Counted from the stretch's first letter, positions 30,456 through 40,553 are shown. The stretch: DNA of 64,000 nucleotides from Alphaproteobacteria bacterium (GCA_965237415.1 CBDEFM010000002.1:1600001-1664000), one strand, 5' to 3'. Notes: generated by a model not told the origin, from the letters alone. A program made the numbers and translations.

Positions 30456-30635
30456 GGACGCGTCGCGCTGAGCCTCGCCCTTACGAACCCGGGCGGGCGT
30501 AGAGCATAGACCGCGAGATCGCCAGTGATGGGTGCATGCGGTGACTTACGCTTGAGACTGGCAAGGCTCACTGAACGGCTGTTAAGATTGCGCGCGCTAG
30601 GCCGAGAGAAGCCTGAAGCTCGTGGAGGTTGAATC

Positions 30636-31553
30636 ATGACCGACCGATGGCGTCGAGTGGTCACCTTGCACTTTGGCGGCGGTCGCTATGGCGAGCACGC
30701 CCTCGATGCTGCAGCTTGTGGCGAACTTCAACGCTTCCAGACCTTGGTGACCGACACAGCAAAGGTGCTTTGGCGACACAAGAACCCAGGTCGTGCACGA
30801 CTGCCGAAAAACTTCGAGAGCCGAACCCAGTTATGGCTTCGTTCAATTGAAGATGGCAGTACCGCAATCCCATTCGAGATGCTGACCGACAAACCATTAA
30901 TGAGCACCATCGAAGAGCCACAGATTAATAACGAAGCAACAGAAGCTATTGACATTGTTTATAGAGTCTTCAAGGCGGTAAATAATGATCTTGCCCTTCC
31001 AGAGGAGTGCCCGAAGCAATTGCTATCTGAGTATGCTCATCTAGGCGAAAGTCTTTCGACTTCATGCACGCTGCGATTCGCACCGCCAAAGCAGGATATA
31101 GCGCATGTTACAAAGCGCGATCGAGATCAGCTGATATCCATTGCCGAGACTTCTTACGAAGATGAATTGGATATTACTGGACGTGTGCTTGAAGTCGATG
31201 TTCGAAAAAGGCAATTTCAGATTTTGATCGACGAAAAGACCAGCGTCGTCGCGTCATTTACTAGGAAGCAGGAAGCACAGATTACATCCGCACTGAAGGA
31301 ACACGAATCAGTACGCCTCAGGGTGAGGGGGCGGGGTGAATTTACTCCCGAGGGAAAACCACGAAAAGTCTATCAAGTCGTGAGTCTCGACTCCATTTCG
31401 AGTGATGGAACTGGGTTCGACACTGGGGCGCCGCAAATCGAGGACGTGATAACCAATATATTTAGAGATATCCCGGATGGAGAGTGGGACCAGATACCAA
31501 CCGACTTGTCACGCCGACTCGATTCATACGTTTCTGGCAGGGATGAGCCATGA
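30636..31553 (+). CDS. Hypothetical 305-aa protein with antitoxin-like C-terminal tail
   Basis: GGAGG RBS; lower GC; ATGA overlap with the PIN gene; ends DIPDGEWDQIPTDLSRRLDSYVSG. Confidence 0.8.
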   Translation: MTDRWRRVVTLHFGGGRYGEHALDAAACGELQRFQTLVTDTAKVLWRHKNPGRARLPKNFESRTQLWLRSIEDGSTAIPFEMLTDKPLMSTIEEPQINNEATEAIDIVYRVFKAVNNDLALPEECPKQLLSEYAHLGESLSTSCTLRFAPPKQDIAHVTKRDRDQLISIAETSYEDELDITGRVLEVDVRKRQFQILIDEKTSVVASFTRKQEAQITSALKEHESVRLRVRGRGEFTPEGKPRKVYQVVSLDSISSDGTGFDTGAPQIEDVITNIFRDIPDGEWDQIPTDLSRRLDSYVSGRDEP

Positions 31554-31972
31554 AGGCAGTGTTTGTCGATTCGTCATACTGGATCGCGATCATAAACCCA
31601 AAAGATCAATGGCATGATGCCGCAAAGAGGGCCAAAAAGAAGGTTGGAAGCGTACGACTTGCGACTACTGAAGAAGTTCTTATGGAGGTTCTCACTGGTT
31701 TTTCGAAATATGGTGAAGCCATTCGAAAGAACATTGCGGCTGCTGTGCGTGCCATTATCGAGAATCCAAACGTCAAAGTCATTCCCCAGACTCGCGACTC
31801 GTTCGCGAGAGGACTGAACCGATATGAGAACAGGCTTGATAAGGAATACAGCATGCAGGACTGCATTTCTTTCAATACTATGGAGGACGAAGGCATTACG
31901 ACCGCTCTCACTAGCGATCACCATTTTGAGCAAGAGGGATTCGTGGTTCTCATGCCGACTGAAATCACTTAG
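31550..31972 (+). CDS. PIN-domain (VapC-like) ribonuclease toxin
   Basis: VFVDSSYWIA, E.VLME, YSMQDCISF and ALTSDHHFEQEGF motifs. Confidence 0.9.
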   Translation: MKAVFVDSSYWIAIINPKDQWHDAAKRAKKKVGSVRLATTEEVLMEVLTGFSKYGEAIRKNIAAAVRAIIENPNVKVIPQTRDSFARGLNRYENRLDKEYSMQDCISFNTMEDEGITTALTSDHHFEQEGFVVLMPTEIT

Positions 31973-32230
31973 ACCGGATTGTATCTAACCTTATTTCTTG
32001 GCAGCGCGTAAGTTTCTCTTTCTTATAATGCCAACCGTATGCGTTTCCGAGAAGGATGCGTGCGCGCTGAACGCATCGAAGTAAAGCCGTCTAAGACGGG
32101 AGTAGACTCGGATGGCTGTCGAAATTGACGCTAACTCGCGTACCTTATACCTTTCTTGGAGCGGTGGCCTCGAGGGAGGTGCCCTTGAGGCCGGGTACTG
32201 CGGCGAAGACCACAGGGAGGGTCGCAGGCG

Positions 32231-33208
32231 ATGACGGTGGATTTCGGCGTGCGCCGGCTCGGCCACGCGAACGTCAGTGTGCGGAACCTCGACCGTTCCG
32301 TCGCATTCTTCGAGACAATCTGCGGCTTCGAGGAGGTCGGCATCGAGGTCGGCACCGGCGCGGGGTTCGTTTCCAATGGCAACAGCCATCACGATGTCGG
32401 CATGGTGGAGATCGGCCGCCCCTTCCGCGGCCGCGACGGCGAGGTGATCCTCGAGGAGGGTTTCGAGCAGCCGGGGCTCAACCATCTCGGCTGGGAGGTC
32501 GATAACGAGGCGGCGCTGGTGGCGGCAATCGAGCGCGCCGTCGCCGCCGGCTGCAAGGACTACCTCACCATCGACCATACCTTCTCGCACTCCTTCTACG
32601 TGCCCGACCCGGACGGCATCTTTCACGAGTTCTATGCCGACGTGATGCACGACTGGCGCTCGGTCTTCAAAGGCGGCCCGATCCCCAACATCTCGGCCCG
32701 CTGGGACCGGGCGGCGGAACCGCCGAGCGCCGAGCCCAAGTGGCAGCGTGCGCCGGACTACCAGCGTGTCGCCGACGCGCCGGTCCATCCGCTGCGGACG
32801 ACGCGTGCGGTGATGGTAGTGGACGATGTTGAGCGCTCGCTCGGCTTCTATACCGAGTTCGCGGGCCTCGATGTCGCCTACATGGCGCCGGACGCGGCTT
32901 ACGCCTACCTGCGGGGCGTTGCGCCGACGCCCGATTTTCACTGCGCGCTCTTCGCCAGGACGAACGGTCTGGAGACGGGCTGCCACCACTTCTCGTGTGA
33001 AATGGCGGACGAAGCGGCGGTTGCCGAAGCCGAGGCTGCGCTTGCCGCACGGGGAATCGAGACCGTGGCCGCGGTCGATGGCGCCACCAAGCGGAGCTTC
33101 TACCTGAGGGACCCAGACGGCTTCCTGGTCGAGTTCTATGCAACCCGCGATTGCGACTTCGCGGCCGCCGCGGCCGCGCCGGCCGCGCGGAGGCCGTTCC
33201 ACGCCTGA
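32231..33208 (+). CDS. Two-domain VOC-family protein (extradiol dioxygenase-like fold)
   Basis: RRLGHANV, HHDVG, GLNHLGW, FYVPDPDG...EF and a second YLRDPDGFLVEF. Confidence 0.85.
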   Translation: MTVDFGVRRLGHANVSVRNLDRSVAFFETICGFEEVGIEVGTGAGFVSNGNSHHDVGMVEIGRPFRGRDGEVILEEGFEQPGLNHLGWEVDNEAALVAAIERAVAAGCKDYLTIDHTFSHSFYVPDPDGIFHEFYADVMHDWRSVFKGGPIPNISARWDRAAEPPSAEPKWQRAPDYQRVADAPVHPLRTTRAVMVVDDVERSLGFYTEFAGLDVAYMAPDAAYAYLRGVAPTPDFHCALFARTNGLETGCHHFSCEMADEAAVAEAEAALAARGIETVAAVDGATKRSFYLRDPDGFLVEFYATRDCDFAAAAAAPAARRPFHA

Positions 33209-33236
33209 GCCGCCGGCGAGCCAGAGAGGTACGACG

Positions 33237-34400
33237 ATGAGCCTGGACTACGTGATCTCTGCGGATTCCCACATCATCGAGCCCCTCGACCTGTGGGAGA
33301 AGGCGCTCGGTGCGAAGTGGGGCGACAAGGTCCCCCGTGTCGTCGACCGCTACAAGGGCATTCCCGGCAACTACTACTTCTTCGGCTATGACTACATCGA
33401 CCTCGGCGTGGTCCAGCCGGAGGACGCGGCGGATTCCACCGAGGAATCCTCGGCCATGGACCCCGAGCTTGCCGACAAGGTGAACCGCTCCAACCAGGAC
33501 CCTGCGCTCCGCCTCGAACTGATGGAGATGGACGGGGTTCAGGCCGAGATCGTCAACTCGACCTTCGCGCTGCTCTGCATGCGGATCGAGCACCCGCAGC
33601 TCGTGCAGGACGTCTGCCAGGTCTACAACGACTGGATCGTCGACTATTGCAGCCACGACCCGAGGCGCCTGCTCGCCTCCGGCATGCTGCCGCCAGACGA
33701 TGTCGACTGGGCCGTCGTCGAGCTCGAACGGCTCGCGAAGAAGGACGTGCGCACGGTCTTCATCTACACCGACGTGAAGCCCCACATGCCGCCCTACCGC
33801 GACCCCTACTACGACCGCCTGTGGGCGGCGGCGGCCGATCTCGACATCCCGGTGACGATCCATATCGTGGCGGGGCGCGTGCGCGACCCCTTCACCATCA
33901 TCCACGATCACGAGCGCGGCGATGTGGCACGGCTCTGGCTCGAGCTCTTCTCCGACGCAGGGCCGATCCTCGCCAACGAGTTCATCTTCGGCGGCATCTT
34001 CGATCGCCATCCCAAGCTGAAGCTCATCCTCGGCGAGTACGAAATCTGCTGGCTGCCCTGGTTCCTGTTCCGCACGCAGCAGCTTCAGGGGGCAGTCGCG
34101 AACTCGCTCAAGGTCACGCCGGTCAAGAAGCCGGTCCAGGAGTATCTGCACACGCAGGTCTGGCACACTTTCGTGGACGACAAGTTCGCCGACCGCGCCT
34201 TCGATGTCGCAGGCCCGTCGCAGGTCATGTGGGGCTCGGACTTTCCCCATCCGCGCAACACCTTCCCCCACAGCCACGAGGTCCTGAACCGGGTCCTCGC
34301 CAATGTCGATGACGAGACCAAGGCGAACGTGGTGGGGCTCAACTGCGCCCGCCTCTTCAACCTCGATATCCCGGCGCCCGCGCGAGCGGCAGCGGAGTAA
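33237..34400 (+). CDS. Amidohydrolase_2-family protein (paralog 1)
   Basis: ISADSH, YNDW, LW...H and MWGSDFPH motifs; 387 aa. Confidence 0.9.
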   Translation: MSLDYVISADSHIIEPLDLWEKALGAKWGDKVPRVVDRYKGIPGNYYFFGYDYIDLGVVQPEDAADSTEESSAMDPELADKVNRSNQDPALRLELMEMDGVQAEIVNSTFALLCMRIEHPQLVQDVCQVYNDWIVDYCSHDPRRLLASGMLPPDDVDWAVVELERLAKKDVRTVFIYTDVKPHMPPYRDPYYDRLWAAAADLDIPVTIHIVAGRVRDPFTIIHDHERGDVARLWLELFSDAGPILANEFIFGGIFDRHPKLKLILGEYEICWLPWFLFRTQQLQGAVANSLKVTPVKKPVQEYLHTQVWHTFVDDKFADRAFDVAGPSQVMWGSDFPHPRNTFPHSHEVLNRVLANVDDETKANVVGLNCARLFNLDIPAPARAAAE

Positions 34401-34433
34401 CCCAGTCGGCTCATTGAGCCGAGGAGGCCGGCA

Positions 34434-35597
34434 ATGACCCTGAACTACGTCGTCTCGGCGGATTCACACATCTTCGAGCCCTTCGACCTTTGGGAGAAGG
34501 CGCTCGGCACCAAGTGGGGCGACAAGGTGCCGCGGCTGGTCAGCGAATGCGAGGGCGTGCCTGGCAGCTACTTCTACCTGGGCCATGAATATATCGATCT
34601 CGACAATGTCGAGCCCGAGGAAGCCGCGGATTCGACCGAGGACACCGTACCGCTGGACCCTGACTTGCTCGACAAGGTGAACCGTTGCAGCAGCGACCCT
34701 GGGCTCAGGCTCGAGCTGATGGATCTGGACGGCGTCTCTGCCGAGCTCATCAATTCGAGCTTCCTGCTGTTCAGCATGCGGATCGCCCATCCGCCGCTGC
34801 TTCAGGATGTCTGCACGGTCTACAACGATTGGATCGCCGAGTATTGCGGCCACGCCCCGAAGCGCCTGCTGGCTGCGGCCATGCTGCCAACCGACGATGT
34901 CGACTGGGCCGTGGCCGAGATGCAGCGCCTGGCCAGGAAGGGCATTCGCACCGTCTGCATCTATACGGACGTGAAGCCCCACATGCCGCCCTACCGCGAT
35001 CGCTACTACGATCCGCTGTGGGCCGCCTCGGTTGATCTCGACATGCCGATCACGCTCCACATCGTCACCGGGCAGGTGCGCAACCCCTTTACCATCGTCC
35101 ACGATCACGAGCGCGATCAGATCGCGAGGATGATGATCGAGGTTTTCTCCGACGTGGGCCCGATCCTCGCCAACGAGTTCATCTTCGGCGGCGTCTTCGA
35201 CCGCTTCCCCAAGCTCAAGGTCATTCTCGGGGAATACGAAATCTCGTGGGTTCCCTGGTTCCTGTTCCGCATCCAGCAGATTCAGGGATCGCTCGGCCAG
35301 TCGCTCAAGATCGCGCCGATCGAGAAGCCCGTCGAGGAGTATCTTCATAGCCAGGTGTGGCACGGTTTCGTCGACGACAAGTACGCCGACCGCGCCTTCG
35401 ATGTCGCCGGCCCAACGCAGGTGATGTGGGGATCGGACTTCCCTCATGTGCGGAACACCTTCCCCAACACCCACAAGATTCTCGAGCGGGTGTTGACGAA
35501 CGTGGACGATGAGACCAAGGCGAACGTGGTGGGGCTCAACTGCGCCCGCCTCTTCAACCTCGACGTGCCCGCGTCGGCGCGGGCGGCGGCGGAGTAG
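34434..35597 (+). CDS. Amidohydrolase_2-family protein (paralog 2)
   Basis: Same length and motifs as paralog 1; colinear with it. Confidence 0.9.
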   Translation: MTLNYVVSADSHIFEPFDLWEKALGTKWGDKVPRLVSECEGVPGSYFYLGHEYIDLDNVEPEEAADSTEDTVPLDPDLLDKVNRCSSDPGLRLELMDLDGVSAELINSSFLLFSMRIAHPPLLQDVCTVYNDWIAEYCGHAPKRLLAAAMLPTDDVDWAVAEMQRLARKGIRTVCIYTDVKPHMPPYRDRYYDPLWAASVDLDMPITLHIVTGQVRNPFTIVHDHERDQIARMMIEVFSDVGPILANEFIFGGVFDRFPKLKVILGEYEISWVPWFLFRIQQIQGSLGQSLKIAPIEKPVEEYLHSQVWHGFVDDKYADRAFDVAGPTQVMWGSDFPHVRNTFPNTHKILERVLTNVDDETKANVVGLNCARLFNLDVPASARAAAE

Positions 35598-35617
35598 AGG
35601 CGTCACCCGCGGTACAG

Positions 35618-35646
35618 GCCCGCATCTCTCACCACTGTCGCGGTCC
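35618..35646 (+). repeat. Decayed terminus of the 207-bp MITE family
   Basis: GCCCGCATCTCTCACCACTGTCGCGGTCC resembles the reverse complement of 5562-5590. Confidence 0.55.
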
Positions 35647-35696
35647 GCTTCCGCCTTCCGCCTGGAGCACGACAAGAAACCTAAACTGGGTCTTAC

Positions 35697-36020
35697 CTAA
35701 TCGGGCATGACCGATGCCAGATAGGACCGCGCAATCGCGTCGAACAGTTTCTTCTCGTCGCCCGACAGGCATGGCCGGATCTCGCCGAGATCGCCGATCG
35801 TGTTGACGTTCGGGATCACCGCGTGATGGCTCGCGCCCTTGAGGCCCTTGTCGTGGAAGCTGCCGTTGCGTCCTTTGCGGATCACCGGCGGAGACGGCAC
35901 GGGGACACGATCGGGACGGCGGCGTAAGCTTTGCCTGCTCGCAGTCCGGCGACGATCTTCGGCACGTCGGCGATCGCGCTCTCCGGCAGGTAGCGCACCT
36001 CGGCACGCGGATACCCCCAC
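35697..36020 (-). pseudogene. DNA topoisomerase III (type IA) internal fragment, frameshifted
   Basis: YPRAEVRYLPES (catalytic Tyr motif) in one frame; HHAVIPN...LSGDEKKLFDAIARSYLA in another. Confidence 0.8.
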
Positions 36021-36024
36021 CGGG

Positions 36025-36460
36025 TCGTGAGCTGCTGCCTCGCGCGGTCGCCCCGTTTCTCGATCGGGTTTCGAAAACCCGCCGTGAAGGTCTTGCGGTT
36101 TCCGATCAGGCCCGGAATCACTCAGTCGTAGAGCGCCTATAGCTCCTGAAGATTGTTCTCGAGAGGCGTCCCGGTCAGCGCCAGACGCTGGCGGGCGCGA
36201 ATGTCCCGAATGCGTTTCGAGACGCCCGCGGCAGGGTTCTTCACCGCCTGCGCCTCGTCCAGAACGGCGGTGTCGTAGTCGTGGCGGAACAGCGCTTCAT
36301 GGTCCCGGTTCAGCAGCGGGTAGGTCGTGATGACGAGATGATGGTGGGGGATTTCCGGGAAGCGCTCACGCCGGTCGGATCCGTGAAGGACCAGAAGCTT
36401 CAGATCCGGGACAAAGCGTGCGGCCTCGCGCCGCCAATTGCCGACCACCACCCGATGCAC
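36025..36460 (-). pseudogene. SNF2-family helicase internal fragment
   Basis: VVGNWRREAARFVP, VITTY, VLDEAQAVKN and LALTGTPLENNLQEL*, then IPGLIG...F...FRNPIEK. Confidence 0.85.
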
Positions 36461-37124
36461 TGACAAATGATCGTCTGCTTGCCGAACGCTGTTGCGCCGC
36501 AGCGCGGCAGGCCGCCGTTGCCCGGGAGGAAGCGGACCTGACGCCACGTGCGGACGCCTCGAGACCTACTACGACGAACTCGTCTGCTGGCGACCGGGAC
36601 GGAGACTTCCCCGTCTCGACAACCCTTGCGTCGATTTCGAGTGGGTTCTTCGCGAGTACGTATGGAGCGGTAGTACCGGTTCTGCTTCATTGGGGTAGAC
36701 AACGGCCCGAGCTGGCCAGATTTTCCGCACATGGCCGGTTTCGCCCGGCCCGGCCGGCGGGTTCACTGGCGGGGACCAGCCGAGCTGCCACAGGGGAGGA
36801 TTTTCTGGCCCCGTCGGGACATCCCCGACACGAGCGATCTGCAAAGGGCTGGGCGAAGCACGAGCCGGCCGCGGCGCTGCTCTCCTGTTACGCCCTGGTG
36901 CAGTCAAATAGCGTCATTCCTCTGTCCCCTCGGACCAAGCATTTTCCGATGGGACTCCGAAGACAACGGTATTGGGAGTCCTTCCCGCAAGCGGCTACAT
37001 TGCTGCTCTCCGGCACGCGGCCCGAGTATGCGGACACCGGTCTCGGGGCAGGCGGCCAGGCGCGGTGCGACAACTTCGAAGGAAGAAAGTGCGCGATGAG
37101 CATTCGGCAAGATTTGGCCGACCG

Positions 37125-37970
37125 ATGAGCGCACACCGTTACTTCACGCCGGTGGCCGGCCTTCCGCCGCAGCAGGCGCTGTTGACCGACCGCGCCGTGA
37201 TCACCGAGGCGTACACGATCATTCCGCGAGGCGTGCTGCGCGACATCGTCACCAGCCGCTTCCCGCACTGGCAGGGCACTCGCGCGTGGGTGCTGTCGCG
37301 TCCGGTCGCGGGATTCGCGACGACGTTTTCCCAGTCAATCGTCGAGCTCGACCCGGGAGGCGGCAGCGAGTGGCCCGAGCCGGGCGGCCACGTCGAATGC
37401 GTGCTGTTCGTCATGGCCGGTGAATTGCGGCTCACGCTCGATGACACCGAACACACGCTTTCACCCGGCGGCTATGCCTATGTAGCGCCGGCCACGCGCT
37501 GGACGGTCGCGAACGCGGGAAACGCGCCCGTCTGCTTCCACTGGATCCGAAAGGCCTATCAGCCCCTGGAAGGTGTCGACGCGCCCGAGTACTTCGTGAC
37601 TTCCGACCACGACGTCGTGCCGGTGCCGATGCCGGACACGGACGGCGCCTGGGCGACGACGCGTTTCGTGGACGGGGACGACATGCGCCACGACATGCAC
37701 GTGAACATCGTGACCTTCCAGCCGGGGGCGTCGATTCCCTTCGCCGAGACCCACGTCATGGAACACGGGCTCTACGTGCTCGAGGGCAAGGCGGTGTACC
37801 GGCTCAACCAGGACTGGGTGGAGGTCGAGGCCGGTGACTACATCTGGCTGCGCGCCTTCTGTCCGCAGGGCTGCTACGCCGGTGGACCCGGGCCGTTTCG
37901 TTACCTGCTGTACAAAGATGTGAACCGCATCGCGAGGCTCCCCGTCCCAGGTGCGCCCGCGCCCGCGTAG
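37125..37970 (+). CDS. allE: (S)-ureidoglycine aminohydrolase (bicupin)
   Basis: GLPPQ..LLTDRA, DIVTS..P.W, DMHVNIVTFQPG and ETHVMEHGLYVLEG...YLLYKDVNR motifs. Confidence 0.9.
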   Translation: MSAHRYFTPVAGLPPQQALLTDRAVITEAYTIIPRGVLRDIVTSRFPHWQGTRAWVLSRPVAGFATTFSQSIVELDPGGGSEWPEPGGHVECVLFVMAGELRLTLDDTEHTLSPGGYAYVAPATRWTVANAGNAPVCFHWIRKAYQPLEGVDAPEYFVTSDHDVVPVPMPDTDGAWATTRFVDGDDMRHDMHVNIVTFQPGASIPFAETHVMEHGLYVLEGKAVYRLNQDWVEVEAGDYIWLRAFCPQGCYAGGPGPFRYLLYKDVNRIARLPVPGAPAPA

Positions 37971-38487
37971 GGCCCGGCCTTTCCTGATCTGCGGGACCGA
38001 TTGCGGAGTCCGGGGGCGCGACCAGCGCCAGGATTCCCTTCGTCTTGCGAGCCCGCAACCATCGACGCAACCGATGGCGCGCGGGCATCCACGGCTCGAT
38101 ACGCCGCCAGAGCCCTCCGACGCGCGACGCGGTCCCGCTACGCCGGAGGATGAGCCATGCCGCCCGGCGGGCGGGGCTGCCCAGTCGGACGAGAACGTGG
38201 CGTTGATCGTCGATACCCTCTGGCCGCTGGTCCAGCAGGGAACGCTGTCCATCCCGCGCGGCGGCTATCTCATCGGACGCGGACGCGGACGCATCATCGT
38301 CGAGCGCGCATGGCCGTAGCGACCCGGCGCGCGTCGCCGCGCACTGCTCGGCGCATCGTCGATCGGCAGCGAGAGCGCCGCCCGAATTGCCTCACCGGGT
38401 CGATCTGGCCCTGAGCGACGGCGTGGCGGTTGGGCGCCGTATCGGCCATCATGATCGGATCGTGGCACCCGATGTGCGAGGGTCGCC

Positions 38488-38618
38488 TAGTCACCTGACA
38501 CTGAAGTTGAGATCATTTTCAATTGGCAGTGTCGTCACACTAAGTCGCTCTATTGTCGAAGAATGTGGTCGTGCAATATAGTTGTCTTTATGTGGCGAAC
38601 TTCAGATTCAGGTGACTA
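38488..38618. mobile_element. 127-bp MITE copy 2 (38490-38616), TA-flanked in CTAG context at both ends
   Basis: CTAGTCACCTGACACTGAAGTT...AACTTCAGATTCAGGTGACTAG: 22-bp inverted repeat with 2 mismatches. Confidence 0.88.
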
Positions 38619-38789
38619 GACCGAATACGGATTCGACCGACTTCCCGAGATCCGACCATGGACCCGGCATGGCGTATCGAATTCGACCCAGCGCACCATG
38701 CCGCGTTCGAAATAATCCAGCCCGCGCGCGAACGCCACGTGGCCGATCGCGCGCCGCAGATCGCCTCTCCCGATCGTTTCCAGGCCGAT
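38616..38789 (-). pseudogene. N-terminal fragment of a SWIM/SNF2-type protein truncated at the MITE
   Basis: Manual translation: DLRRAIGHVAFARGLDYFERGMVRWVEF...VHGRISGSRSNPYSV*, the F.RG..Y...G.V...G.(V/I).GS...Y.V pattern that precedes SWIM fingers. Confidence 0.6.
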
Positions 38790-39100
38790 CTGCCTGCTTC
38801 CTCTGCCACGGCGTCATGCTGCGGCGGCTTCCAGCGATTCTGCACGGACTCTGTATCCGGCAATACGGCAATCGCTGATCCACCTCACGCCGCGTTCGTC
38901 GCTTGCGCCGCACTAGTCTGGTGCCGCACCCGGGAAAACCGCCAGGACCAACCTATTTTCAGGACCAACCTATTTTCGCACGGAACAAAGGGTCAAGTCC
39001 GGTCCCGGCCCGGTATCCCGGCCTGACGATGAACGCGGTCCTGCCTGCCAGTCGAGGCCGATTGCGCCGCCAGCAGGGTGCGTCAAGCCGTTTGCCCGAT

Positions 39101-39210
39101 GCCCCGCATCGTGCGCCCTGCGCGCGTGGTCGCGCGACGCGCGGCGCGGCTTTCCTGCCCTGACGGCCCGACAGCACCGCGCAGACCATGACCGTGGTGA
39201 GAAATCCGGG
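39101..39210 (-). repeat. Partial (about 110 bp) inverted copy of the 207-bp MITE family
   Basis: Reverse complement CCCGGATTTCTCACCACGGTCATGGTCTGCGCGGTGCTGTC...GCGCACGATGCGGG aligns with 5385-5493. Confidence 0.8.
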
Positions 39211-39341
39211 TCAGGTCCGGGGTGACATCATGAGCTGCCGGGGCGACAGGCGACATTCGGCATCGGGGAAGAACGGCAATTCCTGCGATCGGACCTGACG
39301 GGACCATGCACCGGGCTCCGAAGGAACCCGGCCTGTTCCCG

Positions 39342-40553
39342 CTATTCCGGGCTCTCCCTGATCCAACCGTTCTCGAAGACCGGGCCGTCGCAGCCACAGA
39401 AGCGGGCGATGCGGTCGAGTTCGCGCCCGATGCGCTCCAGCCGCCCCTTGCCGAGGCGCACGCCGCGCTCGGGCCAGAGCGCCCGCACGCACAGGCGTCC
39501 CTCCCGGCGGCGCATGTCGATACGCCCGACCAGCCGGTCGCCCTCCAGCAGCGGGAAGACGTAGTAGCCGTATTCGCGCTTCTTCTCCGGCACATAGATC
39601 TCGATGCGATAGCGGAAGCCGAACAGCCATTCGGTGCGCTTGCGGTCGCGCAGCAGCGGGTCGAAGGGGCTGAGCACGCGCACCCCGGCGGGCAGCTCCG
39701 GCGCCCGTTCGGCCTGCTCGCATATGTCGGGACGCGCGAACAGGTGGCGGGCATCGCCGGGCCGCGCGCCTTCCACCTCCGCCTCGACCAGTTCGCTGGC
39801 GTCCCGGGCGGCGCACCAGGACCGCGCCTCGTCGAGAGAAGCCGTGTCCCAGAAGGCCGCGATCTCTCGGGGCGAAGCGAAGCCGAGCCGGTCGAGAGCG
39901 CCCGCGCATGCCCAGTCGAGCGTTTCCCGATCATCCGGCACGGCGGCGCGGAAGGGCTCCGGGATCACGCGGTCGGCCAGGTCGAAGACCTTCTGGAACC
40001 CCTCGCGCCGGTCGATGGCGAGCGCGCCGGTGCGCCAGAGGAATTCCAGCGCCGTCTTCGACGGATGCCAGTCCCACCAGCCGGATGGGTCACTCCGTCG
40101 GCCGCCGCCGAATTCGCGCGCCATGACGGGCCCGCCCTCGCGGATGCGCTCCAGCACGTCGTCGAACCGGTCCTCGAACCCCGCCCGGCGCCAGTTCCGC
40201 CAGCGCGCGCGCAGCATTTCGGCGTCGCGGCGGAACCGCAGCCGCCAATAGGGATAGAACGACATGGGGATGACCGACGCATCGTGGGTCCAGTGCTCGA
40301 ACAGCGCGCGCCGCCGTTCCAGCAAGTCGTCGAGCTGTTGCGGCCGGTAGCTTCTGCGCCGGGAGGCCAGAATCATATGGTGGGCGCGCTCGACCGTGGC
40401 GATGCTGTCGATCTGGACGAAGCCCAGCCGCTCGATCAGCCCTGCAAGATCTTCTCCCTCCGGCTGGCGCCCAAGGCCGTGCCGGTCGAGGAACAGCTTC
40501 CGGGCAACCCGGTTGGAGAGGCGCGGCAGCGGCTTGCCAGCACAGCCACGCAT
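39342..40553 (-). CDS. ycaQ: YcaQ/AlkZ-family (HTH_42) interstrand-crosslink DNA glycosylase
   Basis: FVQIDSI (YcaQ-type QxD), FEHWTH, LSPFDPL and YRIEIYVP..KR.YGYYV motifs. Confidence 0.88.
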   Translation of the reverse strand: MRGCAGKPLPRLSNRVARKLFLDRHGLGRQPEGEDLAGLIERLGFVQIDSIATVERAHHMILASRRRSYRPQQLDDLLERRRALFEHWTHDASVIPMSFYPYWRLRFRRDAEMLRARWRNWRRAGFEDRFDDVLERIREGGPVMAREFGGGRRSDPSGWWDWHPSKTALEFLWRTGALAIDRREGFQKVFDLADRVIPEPFRAAVPDDRETLDWACAGALDRLGFASPREIAAFWDTASLDEARSWCAARDASELVEAEVEGARPGDARHLFARPDICEQAERAPELPAGVRVLSPFDPLLRDRKRTEWLFGFRYRIEIYVPEKKREYGYYVFPLLEGDRLVGRIDMRRREGRLCVRALWPERGVRLGKGRLERIGRELDRIARFCGCDGPVFENGWIRESPE

